From positions 24,304,001 to 24,368,000 of the forward strand of contig OZ024760.1 in the NCBI GenBank assembly GCA_964016885.1: a DNA stretch of 64,000 nt, in the 5' to 3' direction. The position numbers were made by a program, and so were the translations under genes. The DNA is from Eledone cirrhosa. Its lineage: Eukaryota. Positions 15,795 to 29,495 of this stretch are shown here, piece by piece. The first letter of the stretch is position 1; each line of letters begins with the position of its first letter. Below the pieces are notes generated by a model. The model had not been told where the DNA came from. It worked only from the letters and a program-made list of their open reading frames with translations, and ran no database searches.

Positions 15795-16946
15795 TTCTCA
15801 CATTCACACACACACATTCTCACATTCACACACATACATTCTCATATTCACACACACACATTCTCACATTCACACACACACATTCTCACATTCACACACA
15901 CTCATTCTCACATTCACATACATAAACATTCACACATGCACACACACATACACCACCTCATAAAATCAAACGAGCAAAAACAAACACAGGAACAGCAACA
16001 AAAGGCTTTATTGTGCTGCCGATTCATGAAGATGACATTTGAAGATAAGTGAAACGGGAAACAGCGCATGGTGGCTTTTATGGGATCGGCAGAAATCTTT
16101 GAAAGAAACTGAAGCTTTCGTGAAGCAAATTACCGTAATAATTTCGAAGTTAATTAGATTGTGTCATTAATTAATCGAAGTTAATTAAGTACAACTCGTT
16201 ATTTGACCTTCTAGAATGAATAACCACATCCGCTATCGAGTCAAGTTAAGTGATTCTTCACCCTCTTATATGAGAAAAATAATAATTAAAAAAATCTTCA
16301 AAGATAATAAGGTATCTAATTGTAATAATTACGTAAAGATTCAAATATGTTAGAAAACAGAAGAAAAGAAAGGATAGGATGTTATGGTTGTAAAGCAGAT
16401 ATTAACTGTAAGATCACACATACTCAAATATATACACATACACATATACGCGCACACATACACAGGCATGAATACTACAGCTGTAGTAACATCACTTCAT
16501 TACGTCTTGCCTGTTTGTGTCTTATAAAGACAACGTGTAAAGTGAAGTGAGAATATAACCAACATATAATGTACAGAAAACAATCGTATTGGCCTTACTG
16601 GGTGGATTTCAATAGTAGGTAGATTCAGCACATACATTCTTTCAGTAACACAAATAATTGAAGCATAGCTTCATTATCTCTATGTTTGTGAGATACACAG
16701 AGGAATTTACGATGAATTGGAGAATTGTCGAATGTACTGCATCAGCGCTCCCTTCCCGATTTTTATTATGGACCGCGGTGTCATGCGAGACAATTTCTCA
16801 ACGGACCGAGGGAAGTGGAAGGGTGGGTGGGGGTCGTGGTTTGTCAAGTACAAAACAAAATACGATAAACAATAAAATGAATATTACACAAGTTTATCAT
16901 TAATTTAATTATTTTAGTATTCTGCCATTCGAATTGTGTTAAAGAG

Positions 16947-17150
16947 AGGCGGATTGGTAGAGCATCGGACACCTTGCTTCGTGGCATAGAGTTACGGTCC
17001 ATTATGTTCGCAGTTCAAATCCCGCCGAGGTTAGCTTTGCCTTTCATCCGTACGGGGTCGATAAAATAAAGTACCAGCAATGCACTGGGGTCGATTCTAT
17101 TGACTTTCCACTCCTCCAAATTTGGTTACCTTGTGCCTAAATCAGAAACT
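16947..17150 (+). mobile_element. tRNA-derived SINE, longer variant
   Basis: ggcggattggtagagc...gttcaaatcccgccgagg...core...ccttgtgcctaaatcagaaac. Confidence 0.85.
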
Positions 17151-17680
17151 GTACTAATCTGTAGCCCAGTATCTAATGGTCCACAGCCCAGTATCTAATG
17201 GTCCACAGTCCTCTATCAAATGGTCCGCAGCCCTGTACCAGTCTACGGCCCTCTATCTAACGGCCCACAGCCCTGTACTAATCTGTAGCCCAGTATCTAA
17301 TGGTCCACAGCCCAGTATCTAATGGTCCACAGTCCTCTATGAAATGGTCCGCAGCCCTGTACCAGTCTACAGCCCTCTATATAATGGTCCGCAGCCCTGT
17401 ACCAGTCCACGGCCCTCTATCTAACGGCCCACAGCCCTGTACTAATCTGTAGCCCAGTATCTAATGGTCCACAGCCCTGTACCAGTCTACGGCCCTCTAT
17501 ATAATGGTCCACAGCCCTGTACCAGTCCACGGCCCTCTATCTAACGGCCCACAGCCCTGTACTAATCTGTAGCCCAGTATCTAACGGCCCACAGCCCTGT
17601 ACCAGTCTACGGCCCTCTATATAATGGTCAGCAGCCCTGTACCCTCTATCTAACGGCCCACAGTCCTGTACTAGTCTGCG
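17149..17680. repeat. Minisatellite of 18-22-bp variant subunits
   Basis: Shuffled cagccctgtaccagtcta / gccctctatctaatggtcca units. Confidence 0.9.
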
Positions 17681-17935
17681 CCCTGGTGGTTGGGAACCGC
17701 TCTATTACACCATATATTTTTTCTATAGCTTCCTTTAGCTGTTGGTTTTGTTGACTTGATTCTATGATATATAGACTAATCTATAAACCTTGTGAACCAA
17801 ATCGTTGCTGACGACCGACCTCAAGATGGGTTGAAATGGATGGCTGCGGCTGAGAAGAACCAAGTTTATAATAACAGTAATAATATAGTTGAGACAATGA
17901 TATTGATATATATGTATTTATATATATATATAATT

Positions 17936-18084
<149 letters not shown>

Positions 18085-18189
18085 GTATATATGTATATAT
18101 ACATATAAAAATGTATATATGTACATATATGTACATATATGTACATATATACATTTTTATATGTATATGTACATATATACATTTTTATA

Positions 18190-18240
<51 letters not shown>

Positions 18241-18387
18241 ATATATACATATAAAAATGTATATATGTACATATATGTATATATACATATATATATGTAT
18301 GTAGTTATGTATGTATATATATGTATGTATATACATACATATATGTTTTGCACATATATCTTATTATTGTAATACTACTAATGGAGT

Positions 18388-18426
<39 letters not shown>

Positions 18427-18574
18427 CATTAATAATGGTAGCAGAGGTCGTAATAATAATACAGATTTCTTTAATAAAAATAATAATATTAATAATATTA
18501 ATAATAATAACAAAACAACAACAATAATAATAATAATACTACTACTAGTAGTAGTAGTAGTAGTAGTAGTAGTA

Positions 18575-18845
18575 ATGCTTTCTTTATTAACCACAAGGGT
18601 TGACACAAAGTACAACATTAAGGACGGTACAGGACAGTACAGGGCGGTACAAATGGACATTTCTGCGTGTAAAGAAAAAAAAAACAATAACAAAGGAAAT
18701 GACAAAAAAATGAAACAAAGGAAAATTTTCCAATAGGGGGGGGACACTTCCGAGGGACACTCGTGGAGAAAGCCCATTAAAAGGGCCACGGTGACCCTTA
18801 CCACCAGGGCAAGTGCCCTCTCCCAGTTTTCCACCTCCAATTTAC
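18575..18845 (-). mobile_element. 3'UTR fragment of a Tx1-like LINE (second family) at (TAG/TAC)n
   Basis: Diverged reverse complement of 19290-19548; ends gtggttaataaagaaagc followed by (TAC)n. Confidence 0.75.
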
Positions 18846-18849
18846 AGGC

Positions 18850-19206
18850 GCATACTATTTGTAGAGCGTCAGACACCATGCATTGCAGCATAGAGTTGTG
18901 GCCGTTTACGTTCTGTGTTCAAAACCCGCCGTGGTTAACTTTGCTTTTCATCCTTACAGGCTCGATAAAATAAAGTACCAGTAATGCACTAGGGAAATTG
19001 CTGTCCTTGTGCCAAAAGTAGAAACGGTGGATTGGCAGTATCGGTAGAGGGTCGGTCGTCATGATTTGACGCATAGAATTACGGCCCTTTACGATCTGAG
19101 TTCAAATCCCGCCGAGGTCAACTTTGCCTTTCATCCTTACGGGCTCGATAAAATAAAGTACCAGTAATGTACTGGGTATTTGCTGGCCTTGTGCCAAAAG
19201 TAGAAT
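18850..19206 (+). mobile_element. Two tandem tRNA-SINE copies
   Basis: SINE core at ~18940 and ~19125. Confidence 0.85.
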
Positions 19207-19217
19207 TATTATTATGT

Positions 19218-19548
19218 TGAAAGGTGCGTGATAGAGGCAAGAATGGCGCGTGTGAATGGGCCTAACTTGAGCGTGTGCCTGTAGCATCGTAGGTGGGAAA
19301 CTGGAAGAGGGCACTTGCCCTAGCGGTCAGGGTAACCATGGCTTTTTTGTGGGTTTTCTCCACGAGCGACCCTCCGAAGTTTCCCTCCCCCCTATTGGGG
19401 AAATTTTCATTGTTTCTTTTTTTTTGTCACATCCTCGGTTTTTGTTTTTTTTTACACGCAGAAATGTCCATTTGTAGCGTCCTGTGTTGTCCTGAGTTGT
19501 CCTTAATGTTATACTTTCTGTCAACCCTTGTGGTTAATATAGAAAGCA
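19218..19548 (+). mobile_element. 3' end of a Tx1-like LINE (second family)
   Basis: Encodes ARMARVNGPNLSVCL*, compared with ARMARVNGPSLYIRL* at the ORF2 end (26034); followed by (TAC)n. Confidence 0.85.
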
Positions 19549-19565
19549 TTACTACTACTACTACT

Positions 19566-19940
19566 GGCGGTGGATTGGCAGTATCGGTAGAGGGTCGGAC
19601 GCCATGCTTTCCAGCATAGTTACGTCCCTTTACGATCTGAGTTCAAATCCCGCCGAGGTTGACTTTGCCTTTCATCCTTACGGGGTCGATAAAATAAAGT
19701 ACCAGTAATATACTGGGTAATTGCTGGCCTTGTGCCAAAAGTAGAAACAATTACTACTACTACTACTACTACTAGTATTATTATTATTATTATTATTGTT
19801 ATTATTATTATTGTTGTACGATCTGAGTTCAAATCCCGCCGAGGTTGACTTTGCCTTTCATCCTTACGGGGTCGATAAAATAAAGTACCAGTAATGTACT
19901 GGGTTTTTGCTGGCCTTGTTCCTAATGTAGAAACAATTAT
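19566..19940 (+). mobile_element. Full-length SINE (19566-19752) plus 5'-truncated SINE (19817-19940)
   Basis: A/B boxes, core, (TAC)/(TAT) tails. Confidence 0.9.
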
Positions 19941-20337
19941 TATTATTATTATTGTTGTTGTTGTTTTTGACATTTTGTTTTTCTTTGTGTCATTATATTC
20001 TCAGTTAGCTTTACTACAAATCGCACACACACAAATATATACATTTATACACACGTATATATATATATATATATACACATATATACACACGTATATATAT
20101 ATATATGTACACATATATACACACGTATATATACACACGTATATAAACACACACACGTCCGCCATGGCCACCCACACATTCTATTGCCTATAAATGGTAG
20201 CTAAGAGGAAATAATGAACTCTTAGATATGTACTTTGTCTGAAATAAAAAAAAAGAAAAAACAGGATGGTCACGGTTGGAAGGGCTTTGGTCATAGGTCT
20301 GCTGAATGTCGGTTTACCTGATACAAAACAGCAAGAA

Positions 20338-21235
20338 CACCACTATCACCATCACCAACACCACCACCACCACTAAACAACCAACATCACCGCCACCACC
20401 ACCATCACCACAAACACAACCGCCACCACAATCACCATTAAACCATCACCACCACCACCACCACCACAACCACCAGAACCAGAAACACAACCGCCACCAC
20501 TACCACCACCACCAATACCAACACCACCACCACCACCACCACGAAACCACCAACACCACCACCATGAAACCACCAACACCACCACCACTAAATCACCACC
20601 ACCACCACAACCACCAGAACCACAAACACAACCGCCACCACTACCACCACCACCACCACCACCACCACCACGAAACACCAACGACACCACCACGAAACCA
20701 CCACCACCACCACCACCACAACCACCAACACCACAAACACAACCGCCACCACTACCACCACCAACATGAAACCACCAACACCACCACCACGAAACCACCA
20801 ACACCACCACCACGAAACCACCACCACCACCACGACCACCACCACAACCACCAGAACCACAAACACAACCGCCACCACTACCACCACAAGCACCACCACG
20901 AAACCACTAACACCACCACCACGAAACCACCAACACCACCACCACGAAACCACCACCACCACCACCACCACCACAACCACCACTACCACCACCAACATGA
21001 AACCACCAACACCACCACCACGAAACCACCAACACCACCACCACGAAACCACCACCACCACCACCACCACAACCACCAACACCACAAACACAACCGCCAC
21101 CACTACCACCACCAACATGAAACCACCAACACCACCACCACGAAACCACCAACACCACCACCACCACCACCATCACCACCACCACCACCAGCACAACCAC
21201 CACCACCACCACCACCTCAAACACCACCACCACAA
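20338..21235. repeat. (CAC)n-derived minisatellite with higher-order units
   Basis: Recurrent cacaaacacaaccgccaccactac and cacgaaaccaccaacac. Confidence 0.9.
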
Positions 21236-21328
21236 TAACTGCAACATATGCCTCTGCATCATAGATATAAGTAGTGTACTTATATATACACACACACATA
21301 TGTGTGTATAAATACCTATATATATACA

Positions 21329-21452
<124 letters not shown>

Positions 21453-21619
21453 ACTATATATATATATATATATATACATACATATATATATATTACATAT
21501 ATATATATACATATATTATAGATATATGTAGTGTACTTATATATACACACACACATATATGTGTATAAATACCTATATATACACAAACATATATATATAT
21601 ATATATATGTAACTATATA

Positions 21620-21654
<35 letters not shown>

Positions 21655-21720
21655 TACATATATATATATATACATATATTATAGATATATGTATATATAT
21701 ACATACATACATACACATAT

Positions 21721-21792
<72 letters not shown>

Positions 21793-21931
21793 CACAGACA
21801 CACATATATATCTACATATATATATATATATGTAGATATATATATGTAGATATATACATACATTCATATATTACATATATATATTATATATTTTACACAC
21901 ACACACACACGCACACACACACACACACACA

Positions 21932-21994
<63 letters not shown>

Positions 21995-22195
21995 GACTAC
22001 TGGAACGCCGCCAATTGTTTCTTGATTTCTCTCAGATCTCTGCGATATAAATATGGAGATATTGTTGTGGACATAAAAACTACAAAATTTATTACACACA
22101 AATATATATATACATACACATATATCTGAGTATATATCTGTATGTATATATGTATATATCTGTATGCATATGTTTGTGTATATGTATGTATATGT

Positions 22196-22273
<78 letters not shown>

Positions 22274-22373
22274 TCATATATACATACATATATATAAACA
22301 CATATGCATACATATACACAAACATATGCATACAGATATATACATATATACATACAGATATATACTCATATAC

Positions 22374-22434
<61 letters not shown>

Positions 22435-22571
22435 TATACACATATATATAGATACAGATATATATAAATATATATATATATACATACATACTGATATATA
22501 CACGGATACACACACACATACACACATCAATAAACATATAGATATATCATTTTAAACGCACACACACACAC

Positions 22572-22614
<43 letters not shown>

Positions 22615-22633
22615 CTTTATTTACATAAGTATG

Positions 22634-22729
<96 letters not shown>

Positions 22730-22794
22730 TATATTTGTAAACTTAGAGGCACAAACATATTGGTTCCCCCACACATATAAATGTAAATACGTGC

Positions 22795-22826
<32 letters not shown>

Positions 22827-22920
22827 CTGTATCTATATATATGTGTATATATATAGATCTATATATATGTATATATATATATATATATATGATATATATA
22901 TATATATTTATATATATATA

Positions 22921-22961
<41 letters not shown>

Positions 22962-22986
22962 ATATATATATATTTATATATATATA

Positions 22987-23055
<69 letters not shown>

Positions 23056-23720
23056 TATACATATAAATATATATATATATATGTATATTTATATATATAT
23101 ATATGATATATATATATATATATGATATATATATATATATATGATATATATATATATATATATATATAAATTCAATACTTTTCCACGCGACTCAAGTTTC
23201 ACGCCACTGCGACAATTGATCACAGACGAACAGAAAGACACCACTACAACACAACACCCCCCCAACAGCACAGCACACCACGCACCACACACCACACACC
23301 ACACAATACACCCCGCACCGGACTACAACCCCCCCCCCCAACACCACACCATACCACGCACCAGACACAAAACAACACACCACACAATACACCCCCTACC
23401 ACATTACACCACACATTACAACCACCCGAAACATCTAATAAATCAAAAGAAAAAGACTAATTCTCTGCACTTCAATGAGGCTGTTTTGTCTTTTAAGTTT
23501 GACCATTGTTTTATGTTATATGCAAAGTAGTTTCTAGACACATAAAATGTGAAAAACAAGGACAAATAATTAACGCCTAAAGATTGAAATGGCGTGAAAC
23601 TAGAATCTCGTGACAAAGATTTCAGTTTAAATAAACAATAAACTCTATAGTATGCATTCATTACTGCCTTTCACCTCTCCCTCCCGCTATGTCTGTCTCT
23701 CTCACCCTCATATATATATG

Positions 23721-23774
<54 letters not shown>

Positions 23775-23779
<5 letters not shown>

Positions 23780-24412
23780 AACCAGTAAGACCCCGACAGC
23801 TGAGCTCAAGCCGTTTCGACGGCTAATTCTGGACTAAATGAAAATTTATCCTGGTATTTAAATAGCCGATCTTCTCAAGGGGTAATTCCATATATGGTCA
23901 AAGTGATTGTCAAAAATCAGTAGTAATTCTGTGGTTGCAAATTAGTAGGGGAGATGGTGGCTAAACCTGCCAGTAGGAGAAAGAGGGGAGGGGGTGGAGT
24001 AGACCCAATCAAGCATTGGTAGTACCAGCTACAGCTGGGCACGAGGTCAAAGAAGATACAGAATACATGCCCAGCTGTAGCTGGCACTACCAACGCTTGA
24101 TTGGGTCTACTCCACCCCCTCCCCTCTTTCTCCTACTGGCAGGTTTAGCCACCATCTCCCCTACTAATTTGCAACCACAGAATTACTACTGATTTTTGAC
24201 AATCACTTTGACCATATATGGAATTACCCCTTGAGAAGATCGGCTATTTAAATACCAGGATAAATTTTCATTTAGTCCAGAATTAGCCGTCGAAACGGCT
24301 TGAGCTCAGCTGTCGGGGTCTTACTGGTTCCTATTACCCACTCTACTACCTCAAGTATTGAGTACTTTGGTGCGTTATGGTCCACCTGGTTCCTTACCAC
24401 ATTTCCTTCGTT
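23775..24412. mobile_element. PLE insertion with ~267-bp inverted arms (family also near 35240, 50085-50400 and 61196-61392)
   Basis: 23775-24041 is the reverse complement of 24068-24334; (TA)n on both sides. Confidence 0.85.
24226..24319 (+). ncRNA. Extended type I hammerhead with U3-A8 core (mirror copy 23790-23883 on -)
   Basis: acccc TTGAGAA gatcggcta...tagccgtc GAAACGGCT t GAG CTCAGCTGTC ggggt. Confidence 0.75.
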
Positions 24413-24576
24413 ATATATATATATATATATACGTGTGTGTGTGTAGAAGTTATATTTAATTTGTTGGAATTCCGACAAACGTAAATGCTTATAACTGATA
24501 TAGAACACTCAACAAGTTACTGGTGTAAATATTCCAAGATATTAATAAATGGAAACTATAATTATAAAACCATATT

Positions 24577-24641
24577 TATTTTATTATATATATTTCAAGG
24601 GCGACCAAGCGAAACTTGGTGCGCTTTCATCAGATAAAATA
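24577..24641 (-). ncRNA. Hammerhead in PLE inverted repeat 24443-24723 (family copy 33387-33760)
   Basis: tattttat CTGATGA aagcgcaccaag tttcg cttggtcgccctt GAA ATATATAT A ataaaata. Confidence 0.7.
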
Positions 24642-24721
24642 CAAAATTTGTTTCATAAAAATAACGGCATAACTATGGAAATCATGGTTTTATAAATATA
24701 GTTTCCATTTATTAATATCTT

Positions 24722-24762
<41 letters not shown>

Positions 24763-24998
24763 TTAAGGGTACTATTTATGGTTATGTATACAATAAAACC
24801 TTTGATGGTAATATATTATATATACACAAACCCTAAATAGTGAGAGATAGTCATTAATTACTATCCTATTACCAGTATATATATATACATACACACACAT
24901 AAATAAATATATATATATAATTATATATATATATATATATTATACATATGTATGTGTGTGAGTGTCTACATATACATATATTTAATATATGTATGTAC

Positions 24999-25154
<156 letters not shown>

Positions 25155-25287
25155 TATATATATATAAATATATATATATTATATATATACAGACACACAC
25201 AAGCACACACCACAAACAATCACACATACACACACACATTTATATATATTTACAGCATATAAATAATATATATCTATACACACACAT

Positions 25288-25362
<75 letters not shown>

Positions 25363-25406
25363 AGTAAGCAGGATCGAAGTCACTATTGTAGAATATATAT
25401 ATTGTA

Positions 25407-25451
<45 letters not shown>

Positions 25452-25735
25452 TATATATATATATATATATATATAAACTTTATCTTGGCATATTACAATC
25501 GTTTCAATATCGATCAGCACACTGCAGCCGCCTCAAGTCTGGAATACAACACAACATGAGACGGATCTTTTGACAGCATCAAGTGCCGCAACTGTTGGTA
25601 ACTGTAGTTACATACACACCACACAAACACACATAGACATACATCTGTGTGTGTGTGTGCGCGTGTGTGAGTGTGGCGAGATAGATAGATAGAGAGAGAT
25701 AGATAGATAGAGAGATAGATAGATAGATAGATAAG

Positions 25736-25769
<34 letters not shown>

Positions 25770-26033
25770 TATTTCTTTTATTTGCCACTAGGGCATCAAA
25801 AGTGGGACAAGTACAAAGGGGGGAGTTTACACAAAAAGGCGTCCTCAATAAGGAGAAGGCAATAACAAAATATAAAAATAAAATAAGATATAACAAAAAA
25901 TAAAATTTTTAACAAAATCCTCAATAGAGAGGAGGCGCCTTGGGGGGTCGCACACACCCCCGAAAAAAGTGTGCAACCCTTCTCCTCAGGTGCACAGAGA
26001 AGGGGTGCTCCCTTGGTCTTTTATCTTCCTCAC

Positions 26034-29000
26034 CTATAGTCTGATGTAGAGTGAAGGCCCATTCACACGGGCCATTCTCGCCACTTTCACCCATCTTTCA
26101 TAGAAACGGCTGGGGTGCAGCACCTCTCTCTCCATCCTGATCCTTCTTCCGAAATGATATCGGAAGAAACGGACCAGTTGTTGGCCAGAGAGAAAGGTGC
26201 CCGACCTCAGTCCTTTCAGACGCGTCCACCATACAACCTCTTTCGCCATGGCTATTACGCACAGAAACACCGCCTCTGCTTCATCTTTGAAGGGGGGAGG
26301 CGGCTTGATCATTACAATCGACTCGGTGGTCAACCGGATCGGTCCCACCCTTGACAGCAGTTGTTCGACATAGCCCCACAGATCGGCTACGCCCGAGCAG
26401 TGTACTAATGCGTGTGCAACGGTTTCCTCGTCGCACACGCATCTGGGACAGATCTTTTTGGCGGGGTCCCTACCCGGGCGCCCGTGTCTGTAGAGCCTTT
26501 CTCGAACGGGTAAAGCCCCTCGGTAGCACTGCCAGGCCAGGGACTTCTGGAAGTTGTCCATAGGTCCCGGGCTGAATGTCCTACCGAACAGGCTGGCCAG
26601 TTCGTCCTCCTCCATGTCTAGGGCTTCTCCGAGGGCGTCGTCGCACCTGCTGCGTACCAGCCCTCTATAGAATGTTGCGGTGGAGTCTCCACTGATAACC
26701 GGATCCGCCTGCCAGAGGGCGGTGAGCGCCTGGGCACACTCAGTGTGCCAGGCGCCCAGTTTTCTCGGTCTTTGCTTGACCCAGGATTGCAGCTCGGTGA
26801 GTGAGACGAGTTTGGGAAAGGTTCGTCTCACAAACGAGGCCCACACCGGTTGTCCGGTGAGGAATACGTAGAGGTGCCGTAGCCTTAATGCGTGTTTACG
26901 CATCATTAGCCACGGCATCCCCAGCCCTCCTTTCGAAGGGTGTTGACAGCAGATGGATCTCCTCACCATAGGAGCCCGCCTCTTCCAAAGGAATTGGAAG
27001 AGCGCGCGCTCCATCTTGGTGAGGGTTTCCCTTGGGCAGGGCACTACGGTCAGGCGGTAGTAGATGACGGACGCTATGTAGGTGTTCGCCACCTCCGCCC
27101 GACCTTTCAGGGATAGTTTGCAACTGGCCCACTTCTGGGTCAGTGCAAACACCCTGTTCGTAACCTCCGCCCAGTTTTTCTCCACCTGGAGGTCCGGTCC
27201 GAACCAGACCCCGAGCAACTTCACCGGGCCCTCCGTCCAGCGTCCGACGACGCTATCGGAGGGCATCGGTCTGCCCCTCCACGTGCCGAGTTGCAAACCG
27301 ATCGACTTGTCCCGGTTCAGCTTAGCCCCTGTGAACTTTTCGTACTCCTCCAGTAAGGTGCCGACCGCCTCGATTTCGGAGGCCGTCGACACCATTACTG
27401 TCACGTCATCGGCGTAGGCCGACACCGCTTTCCGCAATCCCGGTTCCAAAGGGATGCCCTGCAACAACTCCAACTTCCGCAGTAGTGGCTCGAGAGTCAA
27501 CACATACAGAAGGGAGGAGAGAGGGCACCCTTGTCGGATGGACCGCGCGATTTTGAACGGCTCCGAGAGGTAGCCGTTCACCTTGACCCTAGAGCAGATG
27601 CGGCTGCTGTGCATAGCAGTGATCCAGCCCCTGAAAACGGGTCCGAAGCCTGCCGCCGCTAGCACCGCATCCAGGTAACCATGGTCGACCCTATCGAACG
27701 CCTTAGATTGATCCAAGTTGATCAGAGCCCCACCAAAGCCGGGTTCGTTCCCAACCCTCTCTATGATGTATCGCATGAGGTGGAGGTTGTCATGGATGGA
27801 CCTGGACGGGATAGCGCATGTCTGCGCATCTCCCACCAGGTTGCCCACGACAAGCGCCAACCTCTTTGCTAGCACCTTGGCCAAAATCTGTAACTCTGTA
27901 TTTAGCAGTGTTATGGGCCTGAAGTTACTTATTTCGTCCCCCTTGTTCTCGTCCTTCCTCACTAGCGTGACTACGCCCTTGGTCACAGTACAGGGAATTC
28001 TCCCGTTCTGTTGCCAGTTGCAGTAGACCGCCTCGAGGAGATCGGGGAACAAGTCCGGCATAGCTAGATATAATTCGTAAGGAAGACCATCGAGACCCGG
28101 GGATTTGCGTTTGCCGCATTGGCTCAGCACGTCCTCTATCTCAGCGGCCGAAATCGGCTCCTCGCAGGACTTCGCCTCCCTGTCCGAGAGGCGCGGCAGG
28201 CCGTCGAGGTATGGACCGAAGTCCACGTTCCCAACCGGCTCCCCGCCCCTCCCGAACAGTCGGGCAAAGTGCCTTTGAAAGGCCTCACACATCTGCTTAG
28301 GCTCAAGAATCGCCCGTCCATCCAGGACTTGCAAAGACCGGATGGTGGATTTAGTTCCACTGTTGGCCTCTGTCACGCGGGCCCAGCTAACAGCTTTGGT
28401 CCCCTCGTTCCCTAGAGCACGTATTTTACTTCGGACAACGCAGCCTTCGTGCTTCGCGTCGAAAAACTGGCTCAACGCCGTTCTCGACGCTAGCACTCTG
28501 GCCACGTCGCCGCTTCTAATTGCCTCTTCTACTCTATCTATTAGCTCCCTTTCCTTCCTATTCCTATCCGCAGCTAGAACCTTACTAAATTCTATCGAGA
28601 CTACTCTAATCTCTCTCTTTAGAGATACCCACCACCTGCTGTTGACGATCGCTCCAGTCAACCGTTCCTTAACTAACGTACTAATCCGATTCCTGTAGGC
28701 TCTACTTGCCGGCAAGGACAAGTTGAGCTTCCAGTAACCGGGGCCCTGTCTATGAGTTCTGTCAAGGTTGACCATGCAGGTCACTAATTTGTGGTCTGAA
28801 TAGCCAACAATGCGCATTTTTGGACAACTTAAAAAGTCCTTATCCTTAATTCTAACTAAGAACCTATCTAGGTACGACCTAGATGATCCGCTACGATTTG
28901 CCCAAGTCCAGGTTGGCGCAGTCGGAAAATCTAGTCGATATCTATCGGCCAGGTCAAATCGACCGATTAACCCTTTGAGGCTATTACACCCCTCTCTATC

Positions 29001-29471
29001 GGGGCAGGCCCCTACGTAGTCCCAGCGTGCATCTAGGATACCATTCCAGTCCCCCACTAATAGCAAGGAGCGGGACGTCCCTAGAAAAGTCTCCAGACGA
29101 TGGAAGAAGTCCGGCCGCATTGACCCGAAAGGGCCGTAGGCGGCTACCAACCTAAACGCTCCGCCTTTACCACTGCCAAGGTCCAGAACCACTAGTCGAC
29201 CCTCCGGGTCCAAATGTACCATCTGTGTTGCGAGACCCAGATGTTTTTGCAGCAGAACGACAACTCCACCCCCACCTCCGGGCTGACAGAGAGATGCGTG
29301 CATCTCAAAGTCATCAAAGGTGGGGGCCAGCTGTCGCACGTTGCTGATCCGGGCCTCGCAAATAACCATCACATCTATACGTTGTGACCTGAGGTCATTT
29401 AGAAGCATTGCTTGCTTCCAAGTTGAGCCCAGGCCACGCGCATTTAAACAGCCTACTCTTAGCATAGCCAT
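26034..29471 (-). CDS. LINE ORF2: APE endonuclease, reverse transcriptase, C-terminal CCHC
   Basis: LNARGL, GDWN, SYLDRF, SDH, PGYWKLN, SPGLDG, FRPITLLN, KAFDRV, RQGCPLS, YADD, CPRC...H...C; no stops; first ATG at 29471. Confidence 0.95.
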   Translation of the reverse strand: MAMLRVGCLNARGLGSTWKQAMLLNDLRSQRIDVMVICEARISNVRQLAPTFDDFEMHASLCQPGGGGGVVVLLQKHLGLATQMVHLDPEGRLVVLDLGSGKGGAFRLVAAYGPFGSMRPDFFHRLETFLGTSRSLLLVGDWNGILDARWDYVGACPDREGCNSLKGLIGRFDLADRYRLDFPTAPTWTWANRSGSSRSYLDRFLVRIKDKDFLSCPKMRIVGYSDHKLVTCMVNLDRTHRQGPGYWKLNLSLPASRAYRNRISTLVKERLTGAIVNSRWWVSLKREIRVVSIEFSKVLAADRNRKERELIDRVEEAIRSGDVARVLASRTALSQFFDAKHEGCVVRSKIRALGNEGTKAVSWARVTEANSGTKSTIRSLQVLDGRAILEPKQMCEAFQRHFARLFGRGGEPVGNVDFGPYLDGLPRLSDREAKSCEEPISAAEIEDVLSQCGKRKSPGLDGLPYELYLAMPDLFPDLLEAVYCNWQQNGRIPCTVTKGVVTLVRKDENKGDEISNFRPITLLNTELQILAKVLAKRLALVVGNLVGDAQTCAIPSRSIHDNLHLMRYIIERVGNEPGFGGALINLDQSKAFDRVDHGYLDAVLAAAGFGPVFRGWITAMHSSRICSRVKVNGYLSEPFKIARSIRQGCPLSSLLYVLTLEPLLRKLELLQGIPLEPGLRKAVSAYADDVTVMVSTASEIEAVGTLLEEYEKFTGAKLNRDKSIGLQLGTWRGRPMPSDSVVGRWTEGPVKLLGVWFGPDLQVEKNWAEVTNRVFALTQKWASCKLSLKGRAEVANTYIASVIYYRLTVVPCPRETLTKMERALFQFLWKRRAPMVRRSICCQHPSKGGLGMPWLMMRKHALRLRHLYVFLTGQPVWASFVRRTFPKLVSLTELQSWVKQRPRKLGAWHTECAQALTALWQADPVISGDSTATFYRGLVRSRCDDALGEALDMEEDELASLFGRTFSPGPMDNFQKSLAWQCYRGALPVRERLYRHGRPGRDPAKKICPRCVCDEETVAHALVHCSGVADLWGYVEQLLSRVGPIRLTTESIVMIKPPPPFKDEAEAVFLCVIAMAKEVVWWTRLKGLRSGTFLSGQQLVRFFRYHFGRRIRMEREVLHPSRFYERWVKVARMARVNGPSLYIRL

Positions 29472-29495
29472 GTTGGTGGTGAAGAGAAAAGGCAC

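Noticed and set aside
17780-17875. Possible host exon
   Set aside because: Short, no recognisable peptide and no convincing splice-site pair
19566-19660. tRNA gene
   Set aside because: A/B boxes belong to the SINE head; no cloverleaf
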